DNA of 64,000 nt from Phoronis australis (lineage: Eukaryota; Animalia; Phoronida). Within the stretch, counting starts at the first letter, position 1. Every line of letters starts with the position of its first letter. Made by a program: the position numbers and the translations under genes. Shown piece after piece: positions 24,544 to 38,230 of this stretch. The stretch spans positions 1-64,000 of the forward strand of contig NMRA01000683.1 of the NCBI GenBank assembly GCA_002633005.1. Reading direction: 5' to 3'. The notes beneath the pieces are model-generated. The model did no database searches. It was not told the DNA's origin and was given only the letters and a program-made list of their open reading frames with translations.

Positions 24544-27500
24544 AGGACCTATTTTCATCTCTTACAGTTTTCGAAATAAACGCCCCAATGTCTGAACGTT
24601 TGAAACCCGAAGTACTAAAATCAAATAAATGCCCATGGGCATGGGCGTTTCATGGGGGGGCAGTGGTACTTATTGCAGGTAGAAAGACGGTAAGTGTTGA
24701 GGTCGGAACTAGGGCTCATCAGGAGGCGTATTGAACATCGCAAGAGTCCCGCAAGACTTTGTTGTGACAGTATAGCCTCTCCGCAATTTCTGTTACTGTA
24801 CACTGTTCGCTAATGCGGTCACTTTGTGAATGTGAGTGCCCCCTTGGTCATTCCTTGTTTAGACATAACTTGTTAGAGTGCATCTTCAAACGGACTCGCA
24901 ACCAGACCACGGCGCCCGCCACAATAGCAATTCTTCGGAAAAAGATTTTTTTTCAAAAATATTACATGCACATGTACACTGTATGATAACGCAAGACAAC
25001 TTTACTATACACCAGTCAAATTCGAGTTACAAACGTGTGGAGTGTATTATCATGACACGGCATGACAGATGAGAAAAAAACGTTGCACGTCAATTTGTCT
25101 GAATATCATGGTTGCGCACCACAGGTATTTTCCCTAATCAAATCAAAACATATCTAAGAGTAAAGAAGCTAGTTACCTAAAGAAATCAGCTATAGAACTG
25201 CTCTTTCAGCGGTGGATCCATCTAAAATGCTTGGCTACTTCAGAAGTATCGACGGAAGCGCGCGCACAATTGATCTCCGCGTGTTTTGCCGATGAGCCAC
25301 GAAGACTCGAAATGCGTTGATATTCATAACAGCAATTCACAATGCAAAAAATTATATTTTCAGAATGAACCCCCCTTCAATTCTTTCCAAATTGGTTTAC
25401 TAAGGTTTTACACACGATGGCAGTGCCGTTTTTGTTTTGCTGGAGACGTTTCTTTCATTTTTTGGGTCCTGGCCGAAGGGGGGTTTGAAACCCTGAACTC
25501 CCCGTAGATCCGCCACTGCTTGTGAACACTTCACCTTCTTTCACATGAAGCAGTTCAAATATGTCGGTGCTCGTGTATTTATACAGTGGCTGTGCTACAG
25601 AACCCTCCCCTGGCAGGTCAACCATCTTCTATTCACAAAGCTGATCACAAAAACGTCAGCACACTACACATCTGTTTGAGAAGTTGCGAGCAGCGGAGTT
25701 GGAGGCTCCAACCCAAAATTTCTCCTTCAGCGAAGAAAGGACGTGGATTCGGTCAGCATGTTATAAACGTTCATGGTACTACACTGGTACTACATATATG
25801 CAGGTAATATAATACAGTCATAATATTGGTATGGCACGTCTCATTGTTGCATGTCATTAGTCCCATTTCAAGTGACACCGCAATTGCGGTCAACTCAAGC
25901 TTATGGATAGTCATCCGTCAGGCATTAACACACATTAAATACGGACAACATCCGTAACCACTGGTGCTTGCGTCGGAAAATACATGTAAATGACATGGAA
26001 CTATGGGACCGAAATTACTCTGTGACGTGCATGTAATGGCGGAGACAGGAAAATTAATCCATCTGGGGTAATTCGCTCAGCCATTTCAACCACCGAGAAT
26101 TAGGCTCTGGGATGTCGTCGTCCCACTGTAAGTTATTCTCTTTGCATATGTCTTGCCGGACCATCTTGGCCGAAAGTACACGGGGGCCAAAATACCAAAA
26201 GAGTCACACACTGATGCAATCTTTCGACAAGAAACATCTTCTAGTCGGCGATTTCACTTCCACGAATATAACAATCCCCAATCAGATCAGACGAAACCTT
26301 CCACCAAAGGCCTAAAGATCGCTCGTTGGGTAGGACGTCACAAACCAAATCCATAGTCTGTATCTCTCCGGAGCAATCCTCGGCAGGAATACAGCTCAAT
26401 AAAGCATGGCTGTCACTAGTGGATTTCGATAGACAAAAATCACCACTGGCACAAGACAACACAACTTCTTAACCAACCCCATGGCGTCTTCGTTATAGGC
26501 TACGGTTTTAAGACGTAAAATTTCATCACTTTGGTAGTAGAAACAGCGGTGTCAGAATTCTCGGACATCTTCCGGAGTGAATAATTGGCGATCGAGGCTT
26601 GGGAATGAAGAAGACCCGAACAAATGAACAGTCATGCGGTAGTCTTCTGAAGCCACGGGTAGATTACCATCTTACCGCCACACCAATCGCGCTGTTACTC
26701 TGGCACATGCAGCTGATAGAACACCGTTTCAATGTCCGCCATAAAGGCGACATGAACGTCGCGGAAACGTACCACCTACCAGAGAGTCAGAAAGATCTGA
26801 CTCTTGGATTTTCTGATCATTCAGTGGAATATACTTATATTTGGCTGCTCGTTGGAATATTACACAAGGAGTCTTCTTGTGGGGATGAATAACACCATGG
26901 TGCGGCAAAAACAAAACAGGGCCATCCTCACGCTGAACTCTGTGAGGAGGGCTCACTTTAGCGTAACCCCGTGTGAGCAGCTTGTCGATAAAAGCGTTGT
27001 AGTCGCTAACAACACAATGTCCCCGGCGTCCATTGTCACTAGCGACGACCGTAGCTGCCGTGGACTAGAACGTTTAAGTGAAACACTCGAAAAATCGAGA
27101 TGAAAATGTAAACAAGCGAGCTTAAAATTGAATAACTCCCACGAGCGCAAAAATGTCGCATTGACAGACCATGGTTGCTCACCTCGGTGGACTACTACGC
27201 ACATGACCCAGGCATCCAAAGTCACAACTATACAGTCGGTCTTTTCCAGCGTTGCTACCCATTCCACTATTAAAATAAAATTTGATATTTGAAATTAGTG
27301 CCTGGTTGATGTTTCATAAAGTGAAATGTCTCTTTTAAGTACTATTTCGGAGATAAAGGTACTATCTTTAGCTGTTTTTTGTTGTGGATCGGGATCTAAC
27401 ATATTTACTTCTCACTGAGGCCAAAAGAGCTGGTTTGAGTTACGCAATTTCTGTTTGGATCACGGTGTCGTACATCTGTAGGGACCTAACTAATTCAATT

Positions 27501-28561
27501 ATACAAAGTAATCATTTAGGATGTCAAGTTTCTCCACAAAGCAGTTTAGTAGCAGAAAGCATTGTGCTAATCTCATGACTTTTGCGGCTTTTCAAATAAA
27601 TGTAACTCCTCTCATAGTACGATATTTTTTCATTTGAAGCCACTAAAACGTATATCCTTAAGACGAATGCAAAAAAAACTGTCTGTGAAAGGGTGAATTT
27701 AAATTTAACAGAAGACAGCCATAACCTGCTTGGACCCATTTAACAGTCTCCCGCAGAGCGATCCCGCTCAAAATCTGAAGAGCTGACGCCAGCCAAAGTT
27801 GAGCTTTCCCGATCCTAGTGAGCAAAACTCGAGTCACTAATCTCAGTAGAAAACTAACTTGTCACTATGTGTTCGAGTTCCTTAGTAGCCTCTTCTTGCG
27901 AATTGGGAACGGTACTGACCCTGTAATCCAATGGGTGAATAACTCCAGTTTGTGGACCAGAGAGTGGTTTGAGTAGAATTGAAAGTACTGGTCCGTATGG
28001 GTGGATTTCCTGTAGACGGTGATTGAGAAACGTCCATCCTTGATGTTAACGAGACAATCTAGGAATGGAGTTGTCTGCTGTATTCTTCGACAATCAAGTC
28101 ATTTTAGCCGAAAACCGCCGCGGCAGTAGCTAATGAAAGTCCTCGTGATGAGGATGCAACATCTTTCAGTTGAAATATAAGTCCATTATTATTATTATTT
28201 GCTGATATTTATCAACTGTATGTCTGATATTCACCAACTGACACAGAAACATATTATGCAAAGGTTCAAAGACTATGATACAATACTTTTCAAAATAAAG
28301 TGGTTAGCGTCAAAACTTGACAATGTTAGTCGGAGCAAACACCAGCAACTAAATATCCATTATGATTTCCTTTCGACTAGAATCCATTTCAATAGGGCAG
28401 TCCCGGATTACAGGGTGATACTCGAATCTCGCTGTATTTACTTACAATGCCGTAGACATCCGTCAGGCACATTTGTTGTCTCCTTTTTGTGACATTGGAG
28501 CATGTTACAAGTTTTCTCAATTGCATTACTCTATTCGTCCTTCCAATTCCAACACAAGTAT

Positions 28562-28700
28562 ATGCATTACTGCTGTGCTGTGGGCTGCGACACGAGAAAG
28601 TCTAATAAACTGGAAAAATACTTGCAGATGCGGGATGTGAAATTCCTCACCGTTCCGACATTAATGAGAAACGTGAAAATACGAAAACGAGATTCCGCGC
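28562..28700 (+). pseudogene. THAP-domain-like N-terminal relic, probably from a transposase
   Basis: MHYCCAVGCDTRKSNK...VKFLTVP resembles the THAP start (CxxxxC...F..FP). The downstream W and CxxH residues are not recognisable. Confidence 0.4.
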
Positions 28701-31700
28701 TTTCTTATCTCCAGGACAAAGGAGAGTTGATCCGCCGCGTAATCCAGGACGGCCTCATATTCTACTGTAGCTAAATATCAACAAAAACTCGACAGGGGCT
28801 GCTTCATGCGCGTTGTTGGAATCGCGACAACTTACCAATTAGGAGAAATGGCGCATTCAACTCCGACAAAAATTCAACTAAATTGATGATTCGTTAATGA
28901 AATTCATCGATGTTTGGCAGAGTCTGGAAGAGTTTTGTCCAAGTTTGTCTAGTTTACCTTGGACAATATACGATATGTATCTTTAAAATGCAACGTCGCA
29001 ATATCCTGACTATTGCATATTTCATGCTTTACTAGCCAGTAAACAACTAGTCAAAAATTTTCAATGACAACACTGGGCAGACTCGATTAGATACATGGTG
29101 CGGTGTAAATAGGTCCATCCCCTTCACATTGATTGTTACCTTGGACAAATGCAGTATTGCAACAAATGCTCAAATTTTGCAAAATATAAAATTCCTCGAT
29201 GCTTGCTTTACATTTATGTAGGTTACAAATCCTACCATTGTCGTACATATGCGTTTTGCGCAAATCTATGTTTTGCAGATACACTCTGTAAATTTTAACA
29301 AAGCCCCGAATAACTAAATTGGTTAAAAATCAATCCACGCCTGGCACCTTGGTGAGTCTCTTCTCATTGAGCGGTCCGCATATTTTTGGTTGGATGCTTA
29401 AATTTTGAGCAGCACTACGATATCGGTAATTCCTTGAACATCAATTGCTGGGTCCCGCACCCGCCCTTGACCCTACACATTGCTGTTGAAAATAGAGAGT
29501 CCCCCAACACAAAATTTCAAATAAGGTTCTCTTCACTGGAGGTCAGCGTTTACATAAACGTAGAAACATCAGTTTTTGATGTTAATGCCCCTAAAAATGC
29601 TGGGAGCGCGGGACCACAAAAAGCGTGAGACCAGTCGCATATGCTTGGTTTTTAATCCTCCACTCTTTCTTACCTTCGGGAGAGAGGAGAGTTCTATCGC
29701 TGTGTAATTCTGGACTGCTCTACTTTCTACAGCAATAAACATGCATTCCATTTGGTTCTGCCCTCTTAACGTTATAAAATAGATATGGAACTGCATTTTA
29801 TTCGAAACAGGTGGGGGGATCGAACGAACTACGTGTAGCAGTTTTGTTATCGCTTGAGATTAGACTACACTAACACGTGACTTCGTTTGTCATGGCGAGC
29901 ATGGTCTCGATCTAGGGCGGACTGTCAGTTTGCAAAACAAAAATCACCGAACTGCTGCAACATGTAGTTCAGCGCTACAATAGCGGTATGTCAAGTGAGT
30001 TCACAGGGCATAAACAAGTGCTCGTGTGAGAGTATAAGATTTGTGTGCTGGAATCAACAATTTCAAAGCACAATTACACCATTAATGTTTGTCATAGAAC
30101 AAAGAAACTAAGCACATTCTGTTGACAAAGGACCAATCTTTCTCATTGAATGAATTAGTCTTCAGTTCCGCAGTAATTTTGCAATTACTTTTGGAAAAGT
30201 AGCCAAACATTGTTGACTTGCTACTTAACCCTTCCTGGTGATGTCCTCCTGCTAAGATGTACTGTTCACGTATACATAATATTCAAAGGAATTTCCTATT
30301 CAACGCATAGCTTTGTGAATGATGTCCATTTTTCTTAACTTCTTGGAAATTTGAAATAAAAACAAAACGTACGCTTACTTTTTGAGTGGTTTATTTGGAA
30401 GCAAAAGTTTTTCTCCTGATTTGGAGACTGTAACCATAAATTGCAGTTTTTATTGCAGCGTTTGTTGTTTTTTCGCAAAGCGCCCGGACGTTAACCATGC
30501 TTTTTCAACTCAGGTGACAATACAGCATATTGAATTGTCATATTTTCCTCTTTGTAGCACCATACTGAGGCCCTCTAGGTGACAGTATAAGCTCTTCCGA
30601 TTACGTTAAGATTTATATAATTGGCTGTTTGTTTCGGTGTAACATTAGCTGCTACACGTAAACTCATGCAGGCTTATTTACATTCTGCAAACAATTGTGA
30701 GCGAAAGGTGGTTTTATTCGGTTATGTGCAATGTAGGTCCATTTCTAAAGCAGTGGTGACCCTCCCTGAAATAAATGTTTATGTACAGTGCTTAGTATCG
30801 TAGATGGAGGAATCCCGCTACCGAAGCAGTTGTGACCACGTGTTTCACTTGCAATACATGGCTATATATTGAGAAGTTTCGCGAGTTCTTGCTTTTCTCG
30901 AAAGAGACTAGGTCTACGGAAGGCACGCCAGGTTTCCCCGTGAACATACATGTACATGCTCTCTTGACAAACAACCGGTAGTTATGCCGGATCCGGTTAA
31001 CTGAGGTAGCTCTGAACGGGGCATTTTCTAGTGCCTAGAATTTATATATGTGCAGGGCGTATGTCAGATTTGGCTGGTTGTTCGAGGAATTTGTTGAAAA
31101 CAAATGCCAGGAAATTGATTTACTTGTGTTTTTGAATAAGAAAATCCAAGTTTTTTTAGCTGTGACCTACATTTGGTGCAAAAGGGTGGCTGTCGTATGC
31201 TTTCAACCCCTGTCGCCTGCTGTCCGAGAAACCGGGTGCGATTCCAGGTGGCTGTCAGACAAATCAAAATTGCCAAAAAAGTAGCGGCAAGGGGCATACT
31301 ACGGCCACAATTTTGGAATCTAGAGAGTGCGAGCATTCTGAATCTGCAGTCGGATTTTTCCTAGCACTTGCAGGGAAGTGAAAATTTTGGGAAGAAAACT
31401 GTCAAATTTGGTGTTTTTAGAAATATTTTTGCGTGCCGGGATTTTTTGCGGATGTGAATTAACACATTAAAAATCTATAGCGTTTAGTAAGTCTCAGTTA
31501 TCACGAGTAGTGCTTGTGAGTTGGGAATGCTACAAAAACCCTTTGTTTTTTCAGACACTCGATTACCACGTGAGGAAAGGGCCCAACTGTACTTCGGTGT
31601 GTGTCGGCAGCCAAAAACCTCTTGTAACTGTAGTGTGCCCCCTGATGCAGATCAATTTTTGAAAGATAGAAGAATTTGCCCCAAAACAATCAGTAATGTA

Positions 31701-34121
31701 TAGGTTCTTCTCGCTGAAATAACGTTTTTGATAATTTAAACCATTAGTATAGTAGTGTTTCCTATGATTTTCTGAAACTGATATTTTGGCAGTTCTTGTG
31801 TTGAATTTTTCTGAAAATATTGATACACATTGTGTGCAGTGTGCGTGCGTGAGTTCGTGTACATGTATGTTGGCATGCTTGTTTGAATGTATGTACATGT
31901 ATATCTGTATGAATTTTCGGTCCAGAACACAAAATGCAATTATTGAAGGGTTTTAAAGTTAACTTGATATGCTTTATTAGAGGTGTATAACTGTCAGGTA
32001 TTGTAATCGATTGCCACTGCGGTTTTGCGTATAGGAGTCGCGTAGTACTTTCATAATTTCTTAGCGGTTTTCGCACTGCGGGCAAACGGTAATTAAACAC
32101 GTGACCCAAGTGCTTATAGACAACTGTCCACTCTTGTAGGCTGACGTCCGTTTTCTCATTACGAGATTCAAACGGTCAGTATTCAGTCGGTTGCCATTTT
32201 TAGAGAGAAGAATTCGTTGCCATTCTGTTTTACTGGTTTGTTATTACGGCTAAAATTGAAATGACGGGGCTAGATAGCACGGAAACTAACAAGGACGCTG
32301 GAAATACAGGGGCAAACAATGCGGTAAATTTATGTAGAATTGAACACAGTCCGTTTCGGATTTTGAAGGTAAGTCTTTTTGGTGAATTCGTCCTTTTGTA
32401 CAACTTACTAAAGGTACAAACAATGTGCAACCTAGGCTAATCTGTTTGAGATAATTCCTCACAGAATAACTCAAAGTTAGTTTGCTTTAAATATTCAAGC
32501 TGAAACCTCAAAATGCTATCATCGTTTCGTTTTGACTTATGGAACATTTCAGTTTTTCATAAAAATCCCCAAAGTTCTATATTGGTAACTCCTCATGTAA
32601 AAATGGATCTATTTAAATGCATTTCTTTTAAAGAACTTTTGGAAAACTATGCATGGAGCATATCTGAAAATTTGATATGAATCCAATCGGCCATTACTGA
32701 GATACGGTGTTGCGAAGTTCGTCTAATTTGAACATTTTTCCAGTGTCCAGCATCTTTTCATGTAGCACTTTAACAATATTGTATAGCTCTTAAACTACTA
32801 TAAATCACGTGCGCCCACTTACACTTGACATTTTACTCAACAACACATCACAAAGCGGTTGTTCGTACGTACAGTAATATCACGCGTTACAGAGTAAGTA
32901 AAACGTGTCCATGTTGCTTTTATACGTCCACATACGTGGACGCCTTGTCCACCCGTCCAGCGTCCACTGCTGTATGGCCGAAACCTCTCTGTGGGTGTTC
33001 GTGGAATTTCGGAGACGTTTTTCTGTCACGAATGAGAAGGTATGAATAAATTTTGAAAGAGGTTCGACTAAGTTGTCTCCACCTTGAAGACATTTTATTT
33101 GTTTACGCTTACCTCATAGCCACCGAGTTCATTGACGAAGTTTCATGAAACTTAGAAAATGTTTTTTATTACAGGGGCACACCCACCAACATCTCAATGT
33201 AGTATAACAGCGACTGTTAGTAATCGTCGTCTGTTGTCGACAATTTGTATGATATTTTCCGTCGATTTTACCGTGTGCACTCTTCTGTTGCTTGTATTTC
33301 ACTTCCTGTGTCATGGTACCGCCTTGGTCATTTCCACTTTTTATCACATAAACGTTATAGGGAAAAAAACTTACGATTTTTGATTCCAACAGCATTTATT
33401 AGGAACAAATAACAAAACACCAGCGTCGTTTGAGAGAAGGTTTATTTACGGAGATAAATTGGCAATTCCTCGGTCACGGCTCTGTCCACATAAGTGGTGA
33501 TACGTACAAGATGAGATTGATACTGGATATGACAAAACAGCAGAAACTGTATATGAAACAACTTGAAATACTACTGAGACAGGTAACGATATAGTGTATA
33601 TTGCAGACCTGCCGGAGTGCGATAACGTAAATTTACCCAGTTGCAGACAGCCTGATTGAGCAGTTTTGTCGCTATGTTCATATATACATTTAGGCCAGGA
33701 ATTAGGGGAAGGTATGAGCAAGGTGGCGCTGTGGATCACTTATTGTCTTATCGGCACAACGTAGCCGTGACCGGGGTGGTGTGTCCAGCAGCGTGGTTGG
33801 CACAAATGAAAATCATATCATCTAGGACTTTCATCCCTTGATAGCGGCGTGTACTGTCACGGTGGCGCACCAGGAGAGTATCTGGCAAAGAGATCCACGT
33901 GGAACTAGGGCGCAAGGTTATGGCATAGAGATATCGATGGATAGACTATCTATTGCCATCACTTTGTTTTTCTTTTAACAAAGATTGTGTTAAGCATTTA
34001 TCGGTAACCGGCAGATGGCTTTATACCCGTGCGACCTGTATGTTATATCCAAGAAAGACGCAACAAAGTTAAACATGAGCTTGCAAAATCCATACGACAT
34101 CATTTGGCAGAGAGGGTGGAA

Positions 34122-34256
34122 NNNNNNNNNNNNNNNNNNNNNNNNNNNNNNNNNNNNNNNNNNNNNNNNNNNNNNNNNNNNNNNNNNNNNNNNNNNNNNN
34201 NNNNNNNNNNNNNNNNNNNNNNNNNNNNNNNNNNNNNNNNNNNNNNNNNNNNNNNN
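34122..34256. other. Assembly gap followed by a GGA/GGGA-rich low-complexity tract (34257-34368)
   Basis: 135 N, then a purine tract. Confidence 0.95.
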
Positions 34257-35803
34257 AGGGAGGAAGGAAGATGTGAGGGAGGGAGGGGCGAGGGAGGGAG
34301 GGGGAAGGAGGAAGGGAGTGGGGAGGGAGGGAGGGAGGGAGAGAGGGACGGACGGAGGGGAGGGGAAATGAATGTTCGTTTGCCCAAGGGATTTATGTTC
34401 GCCGTAGTATCCCGAGTAAAACACGTGGGCCACAAGCTCGTTACCAGAGATGAAATGTACATGTATACCGAGATTGGTTTATGGTAATTTATTATGACAG
34501 AATACAAATACAAAGATGGGGAATAAAAATCGCCTCAAGGAATGTTGAAGACAGGATTTATGGCGTGGTGCCATCAATCTCATTATTCAATTTTCATTTC
34601 TGTATTCTTTAAGTTTAGAATATAAAAACGCCGTTTTTGGTTAATCGCTTCTGTCTTTCCTTGTTTGAGCGTGTAAGTGATGCTCGTGTGGCGTACTGTC
34701 CATCTACCAGTACAGCAGGTGCGGCCGGCCGAGTCGCTTAAAACTACATGTATGTAATGTGAAGTAAAATCCATTCGTAGACATTTTGTTAGTAAGACAA
34801 GATTATTATGCTGTTCATCCACCTACAATGTATGTGTCTGTTAGCCTTGATATAGCTGACTCACAGGCGTAATCCACATAGTGGGCGGCACACCACAGGT
34901 GGCTGGGCGAGCCTATACACTGTAGCCCCGACTTATTTCATTGCGCCGCTGCCCATGGATATTTGTGGCGCACCCGAAAGAGGTTTGAGGGACTATAGTT
35001 TCCCCGTTTGTTTCATTGCTGTGCCGCCAATGATATAAAAGCAGTTTGCAGTTAAGGGCAAACTTTAACTGCCGGACTCAGGGGCATCAAATGTTTACTC
35101 TAGTGGATACGAAATGTAGCCCAAATACGTTGTCACGCATCACGGGTTTTAGCAATGGTACTGACGTCATTTAGAGCAACCGACCTTATCTAGCATAACT
35201 TTTCAACTCATCCCTGGGCTTTATCAAGGGTCTCAACCAGTTGTAGCCGAGACCGTCATATATAGTTGAGACACATTTCTTTAAATTGTTTTATAATTAT
35301 GGTCGTGCAGCGTTTCGTTCTTACACAAAACGCGTGCCCATGACCGCCTTACGAGAGATACAAACTTAGGTATACGACTACTAAAACGCCGAGGTCCCAG
35401 GCTACAGTGATACTTTGCATAATATTGAACAATGTTGGCTGCAAAATTCCATTTATTTAATGCAACAACTCTTGTCTGTCAATAATGCGGAACAAAGGGG
35501 TTTTCTAGGCACTAACACAGACGGATCACTTGAATGCCATTAGTTGTTTTGTAGATTGCTGTATTGTCGATTGCATGGCAAACATTGTGCAGTATTACTG
35601 TGTTTATATACCCAATAAACATTACATTATGAAGTTAGCAATTAAGCGCGACCACTTCGATTTGGATATAAAATTCCGCAGTCTGATGAGTGATTCTTAC
35701 ATGACAGTACTACTTAGGATTATAATGATTTAATATTAACTTTAACGCATTTTTAATGTTTGGTACAAGTAATTTCAACGATGCTCGGTTACATAGTCCC
35801 TGA

Positions 35804-38230
35804 TAGGCGGTGGGTCAGAATTCGTAAGGCTTCTAGAAAATGGTTTTTGTGAGTACTTTAGAAGGGCAATTTTATTTTGGTGTTTTTTACTTCATTTACT
35901 AGAGTGTTTTCAAAATCTAAAAAGTTCCCACGTTTAAAGTTGCACATTTTATAGAAATTTGAATTTGAAGTTGCATAATAACCATCATAGAGCTTAGAGA
36001 ACATATATTTGTAAATGCTATGTGTTTTGTAAAACAAGTGATATGGTCCCATCGACTTCATTTTATTGAACAATAATACACTGACATTACATGTTTTACT
36101 ATTGTAGACTAATTGTAAACAGTGAAATTTAAAAATGTAAAGTGACACCTAGTGGCAGAAATGCAAACTAAGTCTGAATGTTTTTAGGAGGTTATTCTGG
36201 CATTGTCTGGCAACAAAAATTACACAAAACACTTGAGACTAGCCTCAATTCACTTTCGTATCTCTTAGTCGGGCACAACCTACAACAGTGAATACCTTCA
36301 ACAGTCGTTTCTTAAGATTGCCTGTCCAATTCATGCACACCAGCTTTCTGAAGAACAGCTTCAAAGTCTTGCTTTAGTTTGAAAGGCAAATGCCGGACAT
36401 CTCCATGTGTTAGAAGCTTTGATTCAATGAACTGCAAAAACACATCTCTGAATCCTGTGGAGTTGTCACTCTTCACAATCTTTGTCTTTCTATTTTTTAC
36501 ACTATGATGATCTTTGGTACTTGGCTTCTAAGACACAAGGTCTCTATCTTTCAATTTCATTTGCATATTCAGAGCCCTGGACTGAGCTGTTGCTTGCGAT
36601 TCAAGTCCAACTGGAAAAAAACCCGAACTGTTAACACTAATTTAACATTTAACTATGAGTGAGTTGACATGCAAATTTTTCAGACGGACTTATGGGGAAC
36701 TGATCCACCATCAGCCTAACAAATTTACATGCCGTCTGATCTGTCGCCTAAAAATGTTGATCATCTAATGATTAGATTAGTTGATGCAACTGAAAATAAT
36801 TCAGCTGATATACGGTACCAGTGCAGTGATTGAAATTCAATTTTTTTAATCAGATGCTCATACCATAGTCAATCTATTTACACTTAAGGTAATCAATGGT
36901 TGATGAAATGGACAGTGGCTTCCACCGTCCTCAAATTACGACGGAGACGCTGGTCACTTAGGCACTTTAATTTAATTACCATTGCACCTAACTAAGTAAT
37001 AAATGTTTACAAAAAATTGAGAAGAGGTTCCTCCTATCCCAGGGTTACGGCAGGGGATGAAGGCCACTTGGGCATGTTGCTTGCAACCATCTACTCAATT
37101 TAGCCTTCTCAAAAATTTATCACTTAAAGTGTTTAAAATCACACCCACAGTACAACGCCATACGATCATCCTTTGGCGCAAGCCGTGTTGATGTGGCAAC
37201 TGAACAAGGGAGTTTGATAGGATTGCAGGAGTATTTGTTTCAACTGGGAACAAATGAATACATTAACGGCCTCCTCAAAGGCATCTCTCTACGCGGTGCT
37301 GAAAACCATGCGGTATATTGAATACCTATGGTATGATCACCGTCTCTACTGGGTCAGCGGTATTGTCTAAGGCCTTGGCAGCCAAGGGCCTGAATAAGTT
37401 AAAAAACAACTGGTGATAATATTGAAACACACTTAGAAAACACCAAGATGTACCTTTCAAAATCCAACCTATAAAGTTGTTACTTCTCTCTGTTTCTTGA
37501 AATGTGGTCCATAATATACCTTTCCTGTTAACAAATAATGCACTCTTGTTTCAGATTGTTCCTACATGTATCTTGTTCAGGTTAATTGGGTGTTTCAGAT
37601 TTTGGCAGTCTAATTGATTTTCTTGGAAATTTTGAGTAACATCTATATCACTTTCAGCAGCTTCAGCTTTAGTAGTACTGCTGGTGTCTTGAAACGTTGA
37701 TATGCCTTCCTATGTCCTTTCAAGTTTTGGTCTGATACTTGGTCTTCTACAGCAGTATACTGTGTACAGGCTATACCGGGACGTGCAGCTGTTTTCTGCA
37801 CTAACATTTGTGACACCTCTTCTTCTTTTTGATCTACTGATCTACAGAGTTCCATAGTCCATCTGCTTTCGTCAGGAGGCTTCTCTAAGCTTCTTCAGGT
37901 TCTGGCATCAAAGTTTTGTGCTGTTTGATAAACCTTGAATTATACAGGCATCACACTCCATGGGAGCAGCCATATTGAAGTAACTAAGCACAACAATGCA
38001 ATCTGACTCTCTGATTGGTCAATTCAATAGAAAAGAGCCTCCAAGTGGCAGGAATGTGCACGGTATTTTGTGCAACAAAAACACCTTTTTTAAAAAAATG
38101 TGCAAGTGTAGACGTGGGAACTTTTTGGAATTTGATTTATAGGTATATTATCTAGCTACATAGAAAAAACTAAGTTGCCCCCCCAAAGTACTCACAAGGA
38201 TGAACGATACGAGATCTGGCCCACCGACTA
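35804..38230. mobile_element. Academ-like DNA transposon relic
   Basis: tga|TAGGCGGTGGGTCAGA ... TCTGGCCCACCGACTA|tga: 3-bp TSD and TAG...CTA termini. About 150-bp imperfect TIRs share gtgagtacttt and aaaaagttcccacgt. The interior looks like decayed coding sequence on the minus strand. Confidence 0.65.

Larger units (their letters stand above)
22643..25518 (-). mobile_element. Internally deleted hAT (Tip100/hAT5-like) transposon nested in the BEL integrase
   Basis: Perfect 16-bp TIR cagtggcggatctacg. Flanks cttgc / cttgt. Removing the element rejoins the BEL integrase sequence (agt gtt cac aag tgc tat gat gtt = SVHKCYDV). Contains a transposase relic. Confidence 0.8.
17576..28150 (-). mobile_element. 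Decayed BEL/Pao LTR retrotransposon interrupted by nested DNA transposons
   Basis: Minus-strand motifs in BEL order. RT region: DGPVLFLPHHGVIHP...LNDQ...DLSDSLVG (26770-26930), VAFMADIETVFYQLHV and DYRMTVHLFG (26610-26760), ERSLGLWW, QDICK...WDD. RNase H: LHVFSDASTSGYG, TIHKLELTA (25880-25990). Integrase: KFWV...RCVVC...KMVDLP (25600-25730), RRGPVRSMFSDKGTNFVGA, NPPAA...VW*RQI (22330-22640). C-terminal region: PLIPNHIL, RWSGVQLLANFFWTK (21620-21920), DVVIVKDE...PMGGVV...IVRS (18790-18960). Putative 3' LTR end agtaaa...tgctACA at 17576. The 5' boundary is approximate. Confidence 0.88.

Noticed and set aside
26953-27267. DIRS-like RNase H (VTLDAW...PWS)
   Set aside because: The flanking motifs are clearly BEL/Pao, so the resemblance is coincidental.
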